Positions 1 to 9,465 are shown, counted from the first letter of the stretch. The stretch: DNA of 18,839 nt from an uncultured archaeon (GCA_964610875.1 CAZSWP010000056.1:1-18839), one strand, 5' to 3'. Numbers and translations are program-made. Notes: generated by a model from the letters alone, not told the origin.

Positions 1-847
1 CAGACGAGTAGGTAAATACAAGTTTCTAAAACATGTATCATTTCTTGCGATTCCTTTTTTCCTATTATACATGAAACTTCTAGGTCTTGGAACAGATACA
101 ATTCAACTAAGTACCTCAAGCTTGAATTCTACGCTACGAGAAAGATTTCTAAAATATTATCGAATAGATAAAAAAAAGGTACTCGAAATACCTCATCCTT
201 GCTCGAAAAATGAACTGGTAGTACCCAAAAGACAGGCGAAAAAAAACTTATCACTCATTGGAAAAAAAGTGGCTCTTATATTCGGATATATAAGAAGAGA
301 GAAAGGTTTGGAGATAGCAGTAAAAGCAATGGAGTATGTACATAGGACTCTACCAGATGCAATGCTAGTAATTGCAGGGACACCTCTTGATTCTGATGGA
401 GAAAAATATCTTAAGGAAATAGAACAGAAAGTTAAGAAACTAAGCTTAGAGAGCAATGTACGATTTGATACACATTTCATTGATGAAGAAGAGGTAAAAA
501 TCTATTATTCGGCTTCAGATGTGGTCATTGTTCCATATACTGAAAGTGTAGGTGCAAGTGGTCCTGTTCATAACAATGCATCTTATGGTATTCCAATCGT
601 AGCTGCGGATATTGGATTACATATGAAGGAGAGTTTGGGTGGTAGTCTCATAGTATTCAAAGTAGGAAACTCCTGTGTTCTGAGTGAGAAACTAATTAGA
701 ATCCTGACTGATGAAAATCTTTCTACACGAGTTGGATCAGCTCATAAACGATACGCATTATCAGAAGATTGGAAAATGGCTGCAAGAAGGACAATTCAAC
801 ATTATCTCTATACCATTAAGAACCGATTAAAGATAGACAAACATTGA
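1..847 (+). CDS. GT4 family glycosyltransferase (5'-partial; frame open from the window edge)
   Basis: The frame is open from base 2 (RRVGKYKFLKHV...) through ATG 71. GT-B C-terminal motifs FGYIRREKGLE, LVIAGT and YYSASDVVIVPY..ASG..YGIPIVAADIG. Confidence 0.85.
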   Translation, partial: RRVGKYKFLKHVSFLAIPFFLLYMKLLGLGTDTIQLSTSSLNSTLRERFLKYYRIDKKKVLEIPHPCSKNELVVPKRQAKKNLSLIGKKVALIFGYIRREKGLEIAVKAMEYVHRTLPDAMLVIAGTPLDSDGEKYLKEIEQKVKKLSLESNVRFDTHFIDEEEVKIYYSASDVVIVPYTESVGASGPVHNNASYGIPIVAADIGLHMKESLGGSLIVFKVGNSCVLSEKLIRILTDENLSTRVGSAHKRYALSEDWKMAARRTIQHYLYTIKNRLKIDKH

Positions 848-2099
848 ATAGCTTCTCAGACAATCTTTGCCATGTATACTTCTCTTTGACCAGTTCCCTA
901 GCTTTTTCACCCAACTCTTTACGTTTCTCTGGATTATTACACAGATCAAGGACTACATTACAAATAATGTCAGAATTATCTGGTGGAACTAAGATGCCAC
1001 CACCTTCGGTCAAAATCTCAAGAGTTCCTGCAACAGCAGTAGCTACAACAGCTCTACCAGCACTAAGGTATTCAAAGAGTTTCAAAGGTGATGCAGCGTG
1101 TGCGACAGGTGTGTCTGGAAAAAGACAAAGAGCAATATCTGATGCAGCTGTAAATTTGGGCATTTCATCAAATGGTTGAAGACCAGCATGAGCTAACATA
1201 TGTCCCAGATTGTTTCTAACCAGATTTCCAAATATTTCATTCACAATATCACCCTGTCCTACAAGCAGAATAATGGAATCTGGGTGCTCGGCATCAAGAT
1301 GTTTTGCTAAATCATAAACCAATTTGATTCCTGCCCATTCTTCGAGATGACCACTGAAGAGAACTACACATCGATCCCTAAGTCGGTATTTTCGTTTTAT
1401 TTCTTCAGTTTCACATTCTGGTGTAAAAAAGTCTGTATCAACTCCATTTGATATTGTAACAATTTTATCTTCAGGAATCCCATAACTAATGAGGAGATTT
1501 TCGAGAAATCTTGTAGCGGTAATAATTCGATCAGACCATTTGTATAACGTAATTTCTATCAACTGTAACAAAACAGGACCAAGACTTTGTAGACTCTGAT
1601 TCATTAGTCCAGCTGCGTATGCAGTCATCCAATCAGGACAGCCTGTAATCAATGGACGAAACATGATTTTCGAGGATATGAGAGATACAATTCCAAGAAG
1701 TGGTGAAGCATGAGCAGTAATAACAATTTCTGGTGAAAATCGTGTCAAAGCACGAAGAGAATAACCAATGAATATAATCACAGTTAAAAGATATGCAAGA
1801 GGAGGAAACCATTTCCATAGCTTTCTCAATCTATTAGGTGAAAGTAAATAAGATAAAGATATATTCTTGTGAATTTGGGGAGGAGGTTTTGACCAATTCT
1901 CGATGTATTTCCATTTAGACGGCCTTTTTCCAAGTAGATATCGTAGAGGTTGAGTTGCTATGAAGTGAATCTCCGTTCCTTTTTCTGCTATTCTCCTTGC
2001 AAGCTCAAAAATAGTTCTATCTGAACCTAAAAATGGGGGGAAATGCTCTACAAATACCGCTATTCGTTTTATTTGGCTTTTTGCGTTCACTAATCCCAT
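816..2099 (-). CDS. GT4 family glycosyltransferase (WbuB-like subgroup)
   Basis: N-terminal EHFPPFLG..RTIFELAR, then TISNGVDTDFF, SPLKLFEYLSAGRAVVAT and YTWQRL. AGGAG lies immediately upstream. Overlaps the convergent GT4 by 32 nt. Confidence 0.9.
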   Translation of the reverse strand: MGLVNAKSQIKRIAVFVEHFPPFLGSDRTIFELARRIAEKGTEIHFIATQPLRYLLGKRPSKWKYIENWSKPPPQIHKNISLSYLLSPNRLRKLWKWFPPLAYLLTVIIFIGYSLRALTRFSPEIVITAHASPLLGIVSLISSKIMFRPLITGCPDWMTAYAAGLMNQSLQSLGPVLLQLIEITLYKWSDRIITATRFLENLLISYGIPEDKIVTISNGVDTDFFTPECETEEIKRKYRLRDRCVVLFSGHLEEWAGIKLVYDLAKHLDAEHPDSIILLVGQGDIVNEIFGNLVRNNLGHMLAHAGLQPFDEMPKFTAASDIALCLFPDTPVAHAASPLKLFEYLSAGRAVVATAVAGTLEILTEGGGILVPPDNSDIICNVVLDLCNNPEKRKELGEKARELVKEKYTWQRLSEKLFNVCLSLIGS

Positions 2100-2363
2100 C
2101 TCCTAATTTTATATCACATATATCATTAAGCGTTCAGTTCCGATAATATATGTTGAAGTATTTATCATGTATCTGATTATGATTCCCCATTATCTTCGTA
2201 TTCCATTTCTATTGTTATGAATTAGAGCTATTTTGGTTTTATCAAGGCGAGTGTTACTAGGATGAAAATTGAGTCACATAACAATGGTAGATAACTGAAT
2301 TCGATTTGACTCACTACAATGTATTAGAAAGCTAGATGATAATCAAGTGATAATCTATTCTAT

Positions 2364-4445
2364 TTAGACAATGTCACCAATTTTCTCCAATTGTAAATAA
2401 AGAAGTGAAAAAGATGTTAGTGAGATTACAAGAAGCACTGGAATAATTAGAAGAAACATTGGATTAAGCAAATCTGCATTTGTAGTGTATATGAAGTCTA
2501 TTAGATAACTACCTGTGGTTTCTTCTTGTGGATAAACAATAAAAATAATTTTTGTGAGATATCCAGGTGTATGTCCTGTCAGGTTACTGGAAAATGAATA
2601 TCTCCAAAGGATTGAAGTAAGATTCGTGAGGATTCCAGTACGGGGAATAATAGATCCATTAATAATTTCATCCTCATTATCATAGCCTTCATATCTCATC
2701 TCAAAATCAGCCAGTGGTCCAAAAGTAGGATTCCAATCCGAAGTAATCTTTATCACGAAATCCGTTACTGATGAGAATTCTATGAATACAGTTTTTTCGA
2801 ATACGAATGAAATATGGTCTATTTGATCATCATTGAGCTCGGTCGTATTGAATCTTATAATTCCAGTGTCATTTGAACTAGCCATTGAAGCATATTCGTT
2901 ATAGGTGGTGTCCAAAGTTTCATTGAAATAGGAATGAAGAACCCATTCTTTCACTGATGAAAAATCACCTTCCCATTCTCTTGGTTCTTCAATTCCAAGA
3001 GAAGCGAAGTTGTCATGTGTATAGCTAGGATAGACTAGTAGAAGACAAAGAAGAACTGTGAGTGCAATTTTTCGATTCTTGACTAGTAAGAAGAGGGGTA
3101 TTGACCAAAGTAAATACCACCCATAAAAAACATCGCGAGTTAGTGAAGCAAGAAGGAGTATTGTTCCTCCAGCTATTGCTATGAATGATTCCTTTGAAAT
3201 AATGAGATCCTTTTCTTTCGACAGTATTTGTTTTGCCATTACCAGAATTACGAATCCAAGGGTCATAGCAGTCAGTCCGCGAATCAGGGCTATGTCAATA
3301 GGATATCTCCAATACACTAATTTTGCAATGGGAAGTAAGGGATAAACAGCCGCAATGAATCCTATTGAAAGAAGTACAATTGCCAATCCAAGAACAGTAA
3401 AACCATATGCAGTTTTGTTAGAATTCTCTAAAGGATAAATCAACTGTTTAAGTAAAATGATCGTTACAAGAATGATTCCACCAGTCACAAAGAATGTTAG
3501 GAAGAAAGTAGGAGAAGACACATTAAGAAAAGGTCGCAAAAGGGTTTCAATAGAACTGACTGGTGTAGAGGACACAATTGAGCTGTAAGAACCGAAATCG
3601 AATGACTTTGAATATATCAAAACCAGAAAAGGTAGAAATGAAATTGCTACTGAACCAAAAGTAGCAAGAGCAAACTGTAACCTCATTCTATTTTCTCTGA
3701 AATAGAACATCAAAGGTAGGAATAAGAAACCGGGATATAATTTTGTAGCAATAGCAAGGCCCATTGAAATTCCAGATAGCTTGCTTTTATTCACTATTGC
3801 GAAGTATAAAGCTAGTAGAAGAAAAAGATTGGATAGTGGTTCAAAATGACCATTCCAACCAGATTCGATTATTGATATTGGCAAAAAAGCATAGGAAAGA
3901 ACAGCTATTGAAGCCCAGCTTTTTTCTAACCATTTTGAGGTTATTTTATAGAGAGGAACCAAACATATTCCGTCGAGTACTGCGGCAAGAATTCTAAAAC
4001 TATCAATCACGGGTGAAATATGATATATAGCTAGAATTAAGTATGCAAAAACGGGAGGGTAAGGAAAGTAAAACTCCGAATATGGTATATAACCCCGGTA
4101 CATGAAATTTCCAAAATCTATGTACCATAATCCATCAAGAGAAATAATTTCCGTTTGTCCAATGAAAATCAATCTGATGAGAATTGCAAACATGATTATT
4201 GAAGCGAGTCTTAGAGGAGTATTTATGGCAATCTTTCCTGCACGCCCTCGTTTCAATAAGACTGCCAGAAAAAAAATGTAGAATACTACCCAGAGATAGA
4301 AAAGCAAAAAAAATGGGTACATCTGACTTCCAAGCATTCGCATTGCCAAAACCATTATGATATTCAAAGCTACTGAAAATAGAAGAGGAATATCTTGAAT
4401 ACGTATCATTCGATTGTGTGTATTCAAAACACTATTCTCTTTCAT
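2364..4445 (-). CDS. GT-C fold multi-TM glycosyltransferase (GT87/DUF2029-like mannosyltransferase) with a C-terminal extracytoplasmic domain and terminal TM anchor
   Basis: SLDGLWY..G...Y.G..PY..FYFPYPP, WNGHFE, ATKLYP and WYLLWSIPL motifs, roughly a dozen hydrophobic segments, then an acidic ~180-aa soluble domain rich in NxS/T and a final TM helix. Confidence 0.75.
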   Translation of the reverse strand: MKENSVLNTHNRMIRIQDIPLLFSVALNIIMVLAMRMLGSQMYPFFLLFYLWVVFYIFFLAVLLKRGRAGKIAINTPLRLASIIMFAILIRLIFIGQTEIISLDGLWYIDFGNFMYRGYIPYSEFYFPYPPVFAYLILAIYHISPVIDSFRILAAVLDGICLVPLYKITSKWLEKSWASIAVLSYAFLPISIIESGWNGHFEPLSNLFLLLALYFAIVNKSKLSGISMGLAIATKLYPGFLFLPLMFYFRENRMRLQFALATFGSVAISFLPFLVLIYSKSFDFGSYSSIVSSTPVSSIETLLRPFLNVSSPTFFLTFFVTGGIILVTIILLKQLIYPLENSNKTAYGFTVLGLAIVLLSIGFIAAVYPLLPIAKLVYWRYPIDIALIRGLTAMTLGFVILVMAKQILSKEKDLIISKESFIAIAGGTILLLASLTRDVFYGWYLLWSIPLFLLVKNRKIALTVLLCLLLVYPSYTHDNFASLGIEEPREWEGDFSSVKEWVLHSYFNETLDTTYNEYASMASSNDTGIIRFNTTELNDDQIDHISFVFEKTVFIEFSSVTDFVIKITSDWNPTFGPLADFEMRYEGYDNEDEIINGSIIPRTGILTNLTSILWRYSFSSNLTGHTPGYLTKIIFIVYPQEETTGSYLIDFIYTTNADLLNPMFLLIIPVLLVISLTSFSLLYLQLEKIGDIV

Positions 4446-5163
4446 TATCGAACACCCAGTTTTCGTTTGGCAGACTGCTTTTATTTTTGCTAAACAATAG
4501 ATTCAGCACAAGCTTAAGATACTTGATAATTGTCTTTGAGCCGAGTTTACTCTTTCCTCTTGCTCTATCGTAAAACACTATCGGAACTTCAGAAACATGA
4601 AGCTGTCTGTTCCGAACGAGGAGTTCTAGGAGAAATTTAAAATCAGAAGCTTTGAATCCTTTTTGAAGATATTCAGGCTTTGCACAACCAACAAACCCGC
4701 TCATTGGGTCGGACACTCTCAGTTGGAAGAACAGTTTGGCAATTAATGTAGCACCTCTGCTAATGGCAATTCTCAATCCAGGCCATCCAACTATATCTCC
4801 ACCAGAAACATATCTTGATCCAACAACAATATCATATCCCTTATCCAACTCATTGAAAATGAAGGGGAGATATTTGGGTCTATGTGACCCATCGGCATCC
4901 ATGACTACAACATAGCCGCTATCAATATGTTGAGCTGCGAATTTTACTGCACCACCAAGCCCTCGAACTCCCTTTCTGATAAGAAGCCTTACAACACCTG
5001 TATCTCGCCGTAGTTCCTCTACAATTTCCTGAGTTCTATCTTGACTATCATCATCTACTACTATGACTCGAGTGTATGCTTGTCCGAGGGTATCTAATAT
5101 GACTTCAATCAATGGACGGATATTCTCCTCTTCATTGAGAGTAGGTATTATGATTGTCCTCAG
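4432..5163 (-). CDS. Polyprenol/dolichol-phosphate mannose synthase (GT2, DPM1-like); true start is probably CTG at 5163
   Basis: Extending the given ORF upstream recovers RTIIIPTLNEEENI. Also VVDDDSQDRT, RGLGGA, VMDADGSH, VVGSRYVSGG, SDPMSGF and EVPIVFYDRARGKSKL. Confidence 0.88.
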   Translation of the reverse strand: MRTIIIPTLNEEENIRPLIEVILDTLGQAYTRVIVVDDDSQDRTQEIVEELRRDTGVVRLLIRKGVRGLGGAVKFAAQHIDSGYVVVMDADGSHRPKYLPFIFNELDKGYDIVVGSRYVSGGDIVGWPGLRIAISRGATLIAKLFFQLRVSDPMSGFVGCAKPEYLQKGFKASDFKFLLELLVRNRQLHVSEVPIVFYDRARGKSKLGSKTIIKYLKLVLNLLFSKNKSSLPNENWVFDNERE

Positions 5164-5206
5164 GGGAGTTCACCTTTCAAGAGTATTCTGAAAATTCAAT
5201 AATCTT

Positions 5207-6070
5207 CTATTTAATACCCATTGCTTTCTTTGCTTTCTCTATTCCCTTCATATCGTTCACAGGAACCCAACATTCTGAAGGAATATTTATGGCAAAGACC
5301 CTATCTTCATCAGCCAATACAGGACATACCACATTCTCAAATGATGATTCAACCTCAAGCGAAACTAATCTACGAAAGTAGTCATACACTTCTGGATTGA
5401 AGACTGTGATACCCGTATGTGCAGGGACAGCAATAGGAGGATATTTCATCACATCAACTACCTTTCCTTTCTGAATGATCATTCCTGAATACTGGAAGGG
5501 AGTTTCTGGGACGACAATGAAAGTAACAATACACTTATTCTTTCTTGCTTTAAGATGTCCTTCAAGGAATACATCACAATAGCATCGATCAAGTCCGATG
5601 ACCATATCATCAGGATTGTGAACAATAGCCGTGCATTGGTCATCGATTGTGCCATTATTTAGTGCATGGAGTATCGCACCTGCATTTCCCACCTTACGGC
5701 CACCAGGATCTTGAGAATACTTGATTTCCACACCCCACCTTGAGCCATCTCCCAGATGTTCCTCGACCACATCAGCAAGAAATCCGGTCAGAATGGCGAA
5801 CTTCTTCACACCAGCTTCTGCATATTCTCTGATGGCTCGTTCAATCATACTCTCCTTGCCATCGATAGCGATCATGACCTTGTTTATGTTCTCGCTGTGG
5901 GTTTCAGCACGAATCCTGGTACCCTTTCCCCCAGCAGGCATCACGACAACTGTGTTTTCCTTGGCTTTCTCAATCTCGGTCTGGCTTACGGTTGTTGTTG
6001 TGTCTTCCGTGTTGATTCTCGATTTGAGCTCGCTCATTATGGATGCAAGTGAATCAGTCATTATCATCAA
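5207..6070 (-). CDS. Sugar-1-phosphate nucleotidyltransferase (NTP_transferase; possibly Man-1-P guanylyltransferase)
   Basis: VVMPAGGKGTRIR...NKVMI, HLGDGSRWGVEIKYS and GNAGAI motifs. No C-terminal hexapeptide-repeat domain. Specificity is inferred from context only. Confidence 0.8.
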   Translation of the reverse strand: MMIMTDSLASIMSELKSRINTEDTTTTVSQTEIEKAKENTVVVMPAGGKGTRIRAETHSENINKVMIAIDGKESMIERAIREYAEAGVKKFAILTGFLADVVEEHLGDGSRWGVEIKYSQDPGGRKVGNAGAILHALNNGTIDDQCTAIVHNPDDMVIGLDRCYCDVFLEGHLKARKNKCIVTFIVVPETPFQYSGMIIQKGKVVDVMKYPPIAVPAHTGITVFNPEVYDYFRRLVSLEVESSFENVVCPVLADEDRVFAINIPSECWVPVNDMKGIEKAKKAMGIK

Positions 6071-6110
6071 TATGATTCATGCAGAAGTACAAGAAAAAAC
6101 TACTGGCGTG

Positions 6111-6338
6111 CTACATTTTCTCAGCCATATCTGCCATCTGTCTGAACAGTTCTAGTGTCTTTTCAGCTTCCTTTTGGTCCAGTTTTTCAATAGCGTAGCC
6201 TGTATGGACAATCACATACTCGTTTGTCTTCAAATCTGGAAGCAATGACACACAGACCTTCTTTTGGACTCCATCAAAGTCAACCTGAGCATAATCCCCA
6301 CTGATGCTTATGACCTTACCAGGAACTGCTAGACACAT
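6111..6338 (-). CDS. hypC: [NiFe]-hydrogenase maturation chaperone HypC/HupF
   Basis: MCLAVPGKV N-terminus with Cys2 (start ATG 6338) and YVIVHTGYAIEKLDQKEAEKTLELF. Confidence 0.95.
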   Translation of the reverse strand: MCLAVPGKVISISGDYAQVDFDGVQKKVCVSLLPDLKTNEYVIVHTGYAIEKLDQKEAEKTLELFRQMADMAEKM

Positions 6339-6396
6339 GGTAATCATTTCGAAATATGAGAATTAGACTTTAGAAGCTTTGGACATGACCATTCTG

Positions 6397-7524
6397 CTAA
6401 CTGACAGGTCTCCAGACAATATCCAGCTCATCAGCCCTGTCAAAGGCACGCTGCATCTCCTCTCGAGAGACCCTCCTCGTTATCTCGCTAAACCTCTCCG
6501 ATTCTTTACGCACTCGGTGTTCGGGACGATACTGTCCCATGATGTTGACCATACAATTAGGCATCATCTCTGCAATCCAATGGAGCAGAGGCAAGGTGCA
6601 ACATTCAATATGATTGGGCAGGACCAGATGTCTGATTATCACCTCGCCAGACTGGTATGCCATGAGATGATTCCGAGAAACAATGTCGAAATACCTGTCC
6701 ACACCAGAGAGTCGCTTTCCACACTCATTGTTCCCATATTTGAAGTCAGGTAACCACACATCAATGAGTCCCATCAGGAGTCGCATGGTCTCTTCAGAGC
6801 AGTACATGCTGGAGTTCCAGAGTTGTGTGACATTTGATGTCTGATGCAGCATGGACTCGATGATCGTGTGTGTATTGGGAGTGGGGTCGCCGCCAACGTA
6901 GTTGATATTGAGTGCACCTTGTCGGAAGAGGTTCTCAGCAATGGTAGCCAATTCAGATGGTGTCACCTTCTGCCCCGAGTCAGGACGAGTGGAGATGTCC
7001 CAGTTCTGGCAGAAAGCACAGGCAAGACAGCACGAGGAGAAAAAGATGGTACCACTAGGTACAAGAGGTGCCTCCTCACCGGTGTGGAGAAACGCAGATG
7101 AAACGCGAGAAGTAGAACCAAGTCTGCACCAGCCCTTCTCCTCTTCTGCCCGGTTAGCTTCACAACGACGCTCACAAAAGTGGCAGCTGGTCAAAATCCT
7201 TTGAGCAAGTATATGTTTCAACCCGAGAAATGATTCCTCTACAGGAAGAGATGCACTGTCCTTTCTTTCACCAGTCTTATCGACATGTTCCACATATGCA
7301 TCAAACTCAACTGCTAAAGTTGCATGCAAATCCCATAGGTTTGCAGTAGAGTCACTCTCAGAGAAGTCCGCTGCGATGTCTTTTGCGAGAAGGTACTTTG
7401 CCCAAGCCTTCTGGTCGATGATATCTCGATATCGAGAGAGACGTGATAATGTTTCAGAGTCTTTCCATACTCGTGATGCATCGGGACGCACAAATCGCCA
7501 CATACCAGCCAATAAATCAATCAT
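6397..7524 (-). CDS. Radical SAM protein, PflX-like (PFL-activating-enzyme-related)
   Basis: CHFCERRC..NR...GWC, HTGEEAPLVPSGTIFFSSCCLACAFCQNWDIS (CxxxCxxC), NINYVGGDPTP, DVWLPDFKYGN, IIRHLVLPNH and VNIMGQYRP. The start may be ATG 7503 (MWRFVRPDA). Confidence 0.88.
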   Translation of the reverse strand: MIDLLAGMWRFVRPDASRVWKDSETLSRLSRYRDIIDQKAWAKYLLAKDIAADFSESDSTANLWDLHATLAVEFDAYVEHVDKTGERKDSASLPVEESFLGLKHILAQRILTSCHFCERRCEANRAEEEKGWCRLGSTSRVSSAFLHTGEEAPLVPSGTIFFSSCCLACAFCQNWDISTRPDSGQKVTPSELATIAENLFRQGALNINYVGGDPTPNTHTIIESMLHQTSNVTQLWNSSMYCSEETMRLLMGLIDVWLPDFKYGNNECGKRLSGVDRYFDIVSRNHLMAYQSGEVIIRHLVLPNHIECCTLPLLHWIAEMMPNCMVNIMGQYRPEHRVRKESERFSEITRRVSREEMQRAFDRADELDIVWRPVS

Positions 7525-7615
7525 ATTCTATAAATTCTATGTACGCATCCCATAAAATCAATTTTAAATAAAAAATCATATTTGATTAGATTTGATTGGA
7601 TGAGAACCTGTAATT

Positions 7616-7785
7616 TTACTCAATATCATCCCAAGAGAGTGGTGTTCCTCTAGAAATCTTTCTTCTAGCTCTTTTTCCTATAATTTCATTCAAATATTTT
7701 GGAGATATTCCGTAGCCAGGCCGAATGGATCTTATATTTTCGAGGGATAGGACTTCTCCTTGAGTAATATCTTTTACCACAAAAA
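7616..7785 (-). pseudogene. 3' remnant (SAF/antifreeze-like domain) of a NeuB/PseI nonulosonic acid synthase, cut by the IS
   Basis: LFVVKDITQGEVLSLENIRSIRPGYGISPKYLNEIIGKRARRKISRGTPLSWDDI matches the PseI/NeuB C-terminus. Homology stops exactly at the IS TIR (7786). Confidence 0.85.
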
Positions 7786-7804
7786 GGGCTCTGTGTGAAA
7801 AGTC
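7786..7804. repeat. IS terminal inverted repeat (transposase 3' side)
   Basis: gggctctgtgtgaaaagtc, the reverse complement of 8716-8734 with one mismatch. Confidence 0.92.
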
Positions 7805-8665
7805 ACCTCCCGTCACACTCCAGGAAGTTCAGGCGGCCCAGGTTGTGAAGGATCACCTTGATCAGCAACTCTCGCTGCTGCTCCTTGAATCTCCGCGAAC
7901 TCAGACTCCCGGTGAACCTCACTTTCATCATACCGAACACAGTTTCTACCAGACTTCTCTTTCCATACTCATGGACCCGCTTCCACTCCACAGGATCCCG
8001 TCGGTATTCAATAATCAACTCCTTGTACCCTCGATATCCCCTCGACCAGGCTCTCAATCGATTCTTGGGTTCGATCCCAGGATATGCACCCAGGTCAACT
8101 ATGACTTGGACGTTCTTTCGTGAGATGTAGGCCTTGTCACCATAGACGTTTTCAAGACGTTGATGAGGTACTCTCCTCAGAAGTGGGACCATCTCTTTTG
8201 CATCACCACCCGGTCGAGCTGTCACCTTGACAACATGGATCAGCAAGGTGTCAGTGTCCACAGCTGCGTGAAGTGCTGTGAACCGCCGTTTCAGCGTCTT
8301 TTTGAACCGTAAGGACATCCACGCTCCACCAGTGGCGTGAGAGAACCCGGTGGAGTCCACTGCAAGGTTCCTTGGAGGCGGTCTCTTTCGAGCAAGGAGT
8401 CGATACATGCGATGGAGGAGCTGCGTGTCCAGTCTCTTCAGTGCCTGTTGCAAGATCGAGTAGGAGGGAGGTCTGTCAAGACCAAGTCGTTGGAGGAGGT
8501 GCGGATTGGAGTTGAGCTGGGACACGAAGGTTCTGTACCCGAGTCCGGAGGTCTTCCAAAGGTGGAGATCCGGTGTGACACCATATTGCTAAGCTTGATA
8601 AATTCATCAAGCAAGAACTGAAAATGACGAGACCTGGCTGCGTCGTATGATTTGGAGTAATGCAT
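7803..8665 (-). pseudogene. IS5-family DDE transposase, split into two frames near 8550
   Basis: The catalytic part (LAVDSTGF, YGDKAY, YGKRSLVETVFGMMK) is in 7803-8525 and its frame extends upstream to GLGYRTFVSQL. The N-terminus MHYSKS...STFGRPP from ATG 8665 is in a different frame. Confidence 0.75.
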
Positions 8666-8715
8666 GAGTCATGTGATTCAGTCGGTCTGGTCACATCACT
8701 TTGTATTACTTCATC

Positions 8716-8734
8716 GACTTTTCACACAGAACCC
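8716..8734. repeat. IS terminal inverted repeat (transposase 5' side)
   Basis: gacttttcacacagaaccc. Confidence 0.92.
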
Positions 8735-8885
8735 ATATTATAGAAAGAATGGTTATGCTGATCTCCAGCTCCCAAAGGCGGAGAAATTCTATGAGCGAAT
8801 AATCTCTATTCCGATGTATCCCTCTTTGACGGATATAGAATTACAATTCGTTATTGACTCGATTAGCGATTTCTTTAATAAATGA
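8735..8885 (+). pseudogene. 3' remnant of a DegT/DnrJ/EryC1/StrS (PseC-like) sugar aminotransferase
   Basis: PYYRKNGYADLQLPKAEKFYERIISIPMYPSLTDIELQFVIDSI is the typical family C-terminus and begins at the IS TIR. Confidence 0.85.
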
Positions 8886-8887
8886 AA

Positions 8888-9448
8888 TCAATTATCATGA
8901 GCCAATTTGGGGACATCCTCCAATCTTGTTTTCCAACCGTTTGGTAAAATAAATTTGAAATCCGCAGACGAATGGTATGAGCCCTTTCCAATTTGTGCTT
9001 TAGGGGGGATATCACCAGAAATAATGTAATCCCAACTTTGAATAAATAAATTTTGCACCTCAGATATCAAACGGTTATATGTCAATTCAAGAGTATTCTC
9101 ATCTTCATCAAACTCAACTTCCTTCTGAATAAGAATGGGACCTGTATCTACACCCTCGTCAACAATATGAATACTAACTCCTTTTGGAGTATCATCATAG
9201 AAACTCCAAAAATTTGATTCTGCACCTCTATTCCACGGTAAAAAAGAGATGTGCAAATTAATTATTGGGTTTTTTGCACGTTCTATAGCTTCTTTTGGTA
9301 TAATATAGCGATAGCCAAAACATATCACATAATCAAAACGGTCAATCAATCTGTTTTTTATTCGCTTTTGGGTTTGGAAAACTTCATGATTTCGGCGCAA
9401 GAAATCCAAAACAAGACAGTCATCATATCCGAGAAACAATATTTTCAT
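8888..9448 (-). CDS. Formyltransferase (probable NDP-sugar N-formyltransferase)
   Basis: FGYRYII, INLHISFLPWNRGA and GVSIHIVDEGVDTGPIL (N-x-H...D catalytic set). AGGAG RBS. Short form lacking the Fmt C-terminal domain. Confidence 0.85.
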   Translation of the reverse strand: MKILFLGYDDCLVLDFLRRNHEVFQTQKRIKNRLIDRFDYVICFGYRYIIPKEAIERAKNPIINLHISFLPWNRGAESNFWSFYDDTPKGVSIHIVDEGVDTGPILIQKEVEFDEDENTLELTYNRLISEVQNLFIQSWDYIISGDIPPKAQIGKGSYHSSADFKFILPNGWKTRLEDVPKLAHDN

Positions 9449-9465
9449 GGTGATTTACTCCTTTT

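Larger units (their letters stand above)
7786..8734 (-). mobile_element. IS5-family insertion sequence, 949 bp
   Basis: 19-bp TIRs gggctctgtgtgaaaagtc (7786-7804) and gacttttcacacagaaccc (8716-8734), 18/19 match. DDE transposase inside, GC higher than the flanks, no TSD. Confidence 0.92.

Noticed and set aside
2265-2320. tgagtca...tgactca inverted pair in the 264-bp intergenic gap
   Set aside because: Too short and widely spaced to call a regulatory site or RNA.
7616-7816. 66-aa ORF as a stand-alone SAF-domain gene
   Set aside because: Its start and first ten codons lie inside the IS end, so it is a hybrid of IS sequence and the pseI/neuB stub.
8664-8885. 73-aa ORF as a real gene
   Set aside because: The N-terminal third is IS sequence read outward. 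Only 8735-8885 is aminotransferase-derived.
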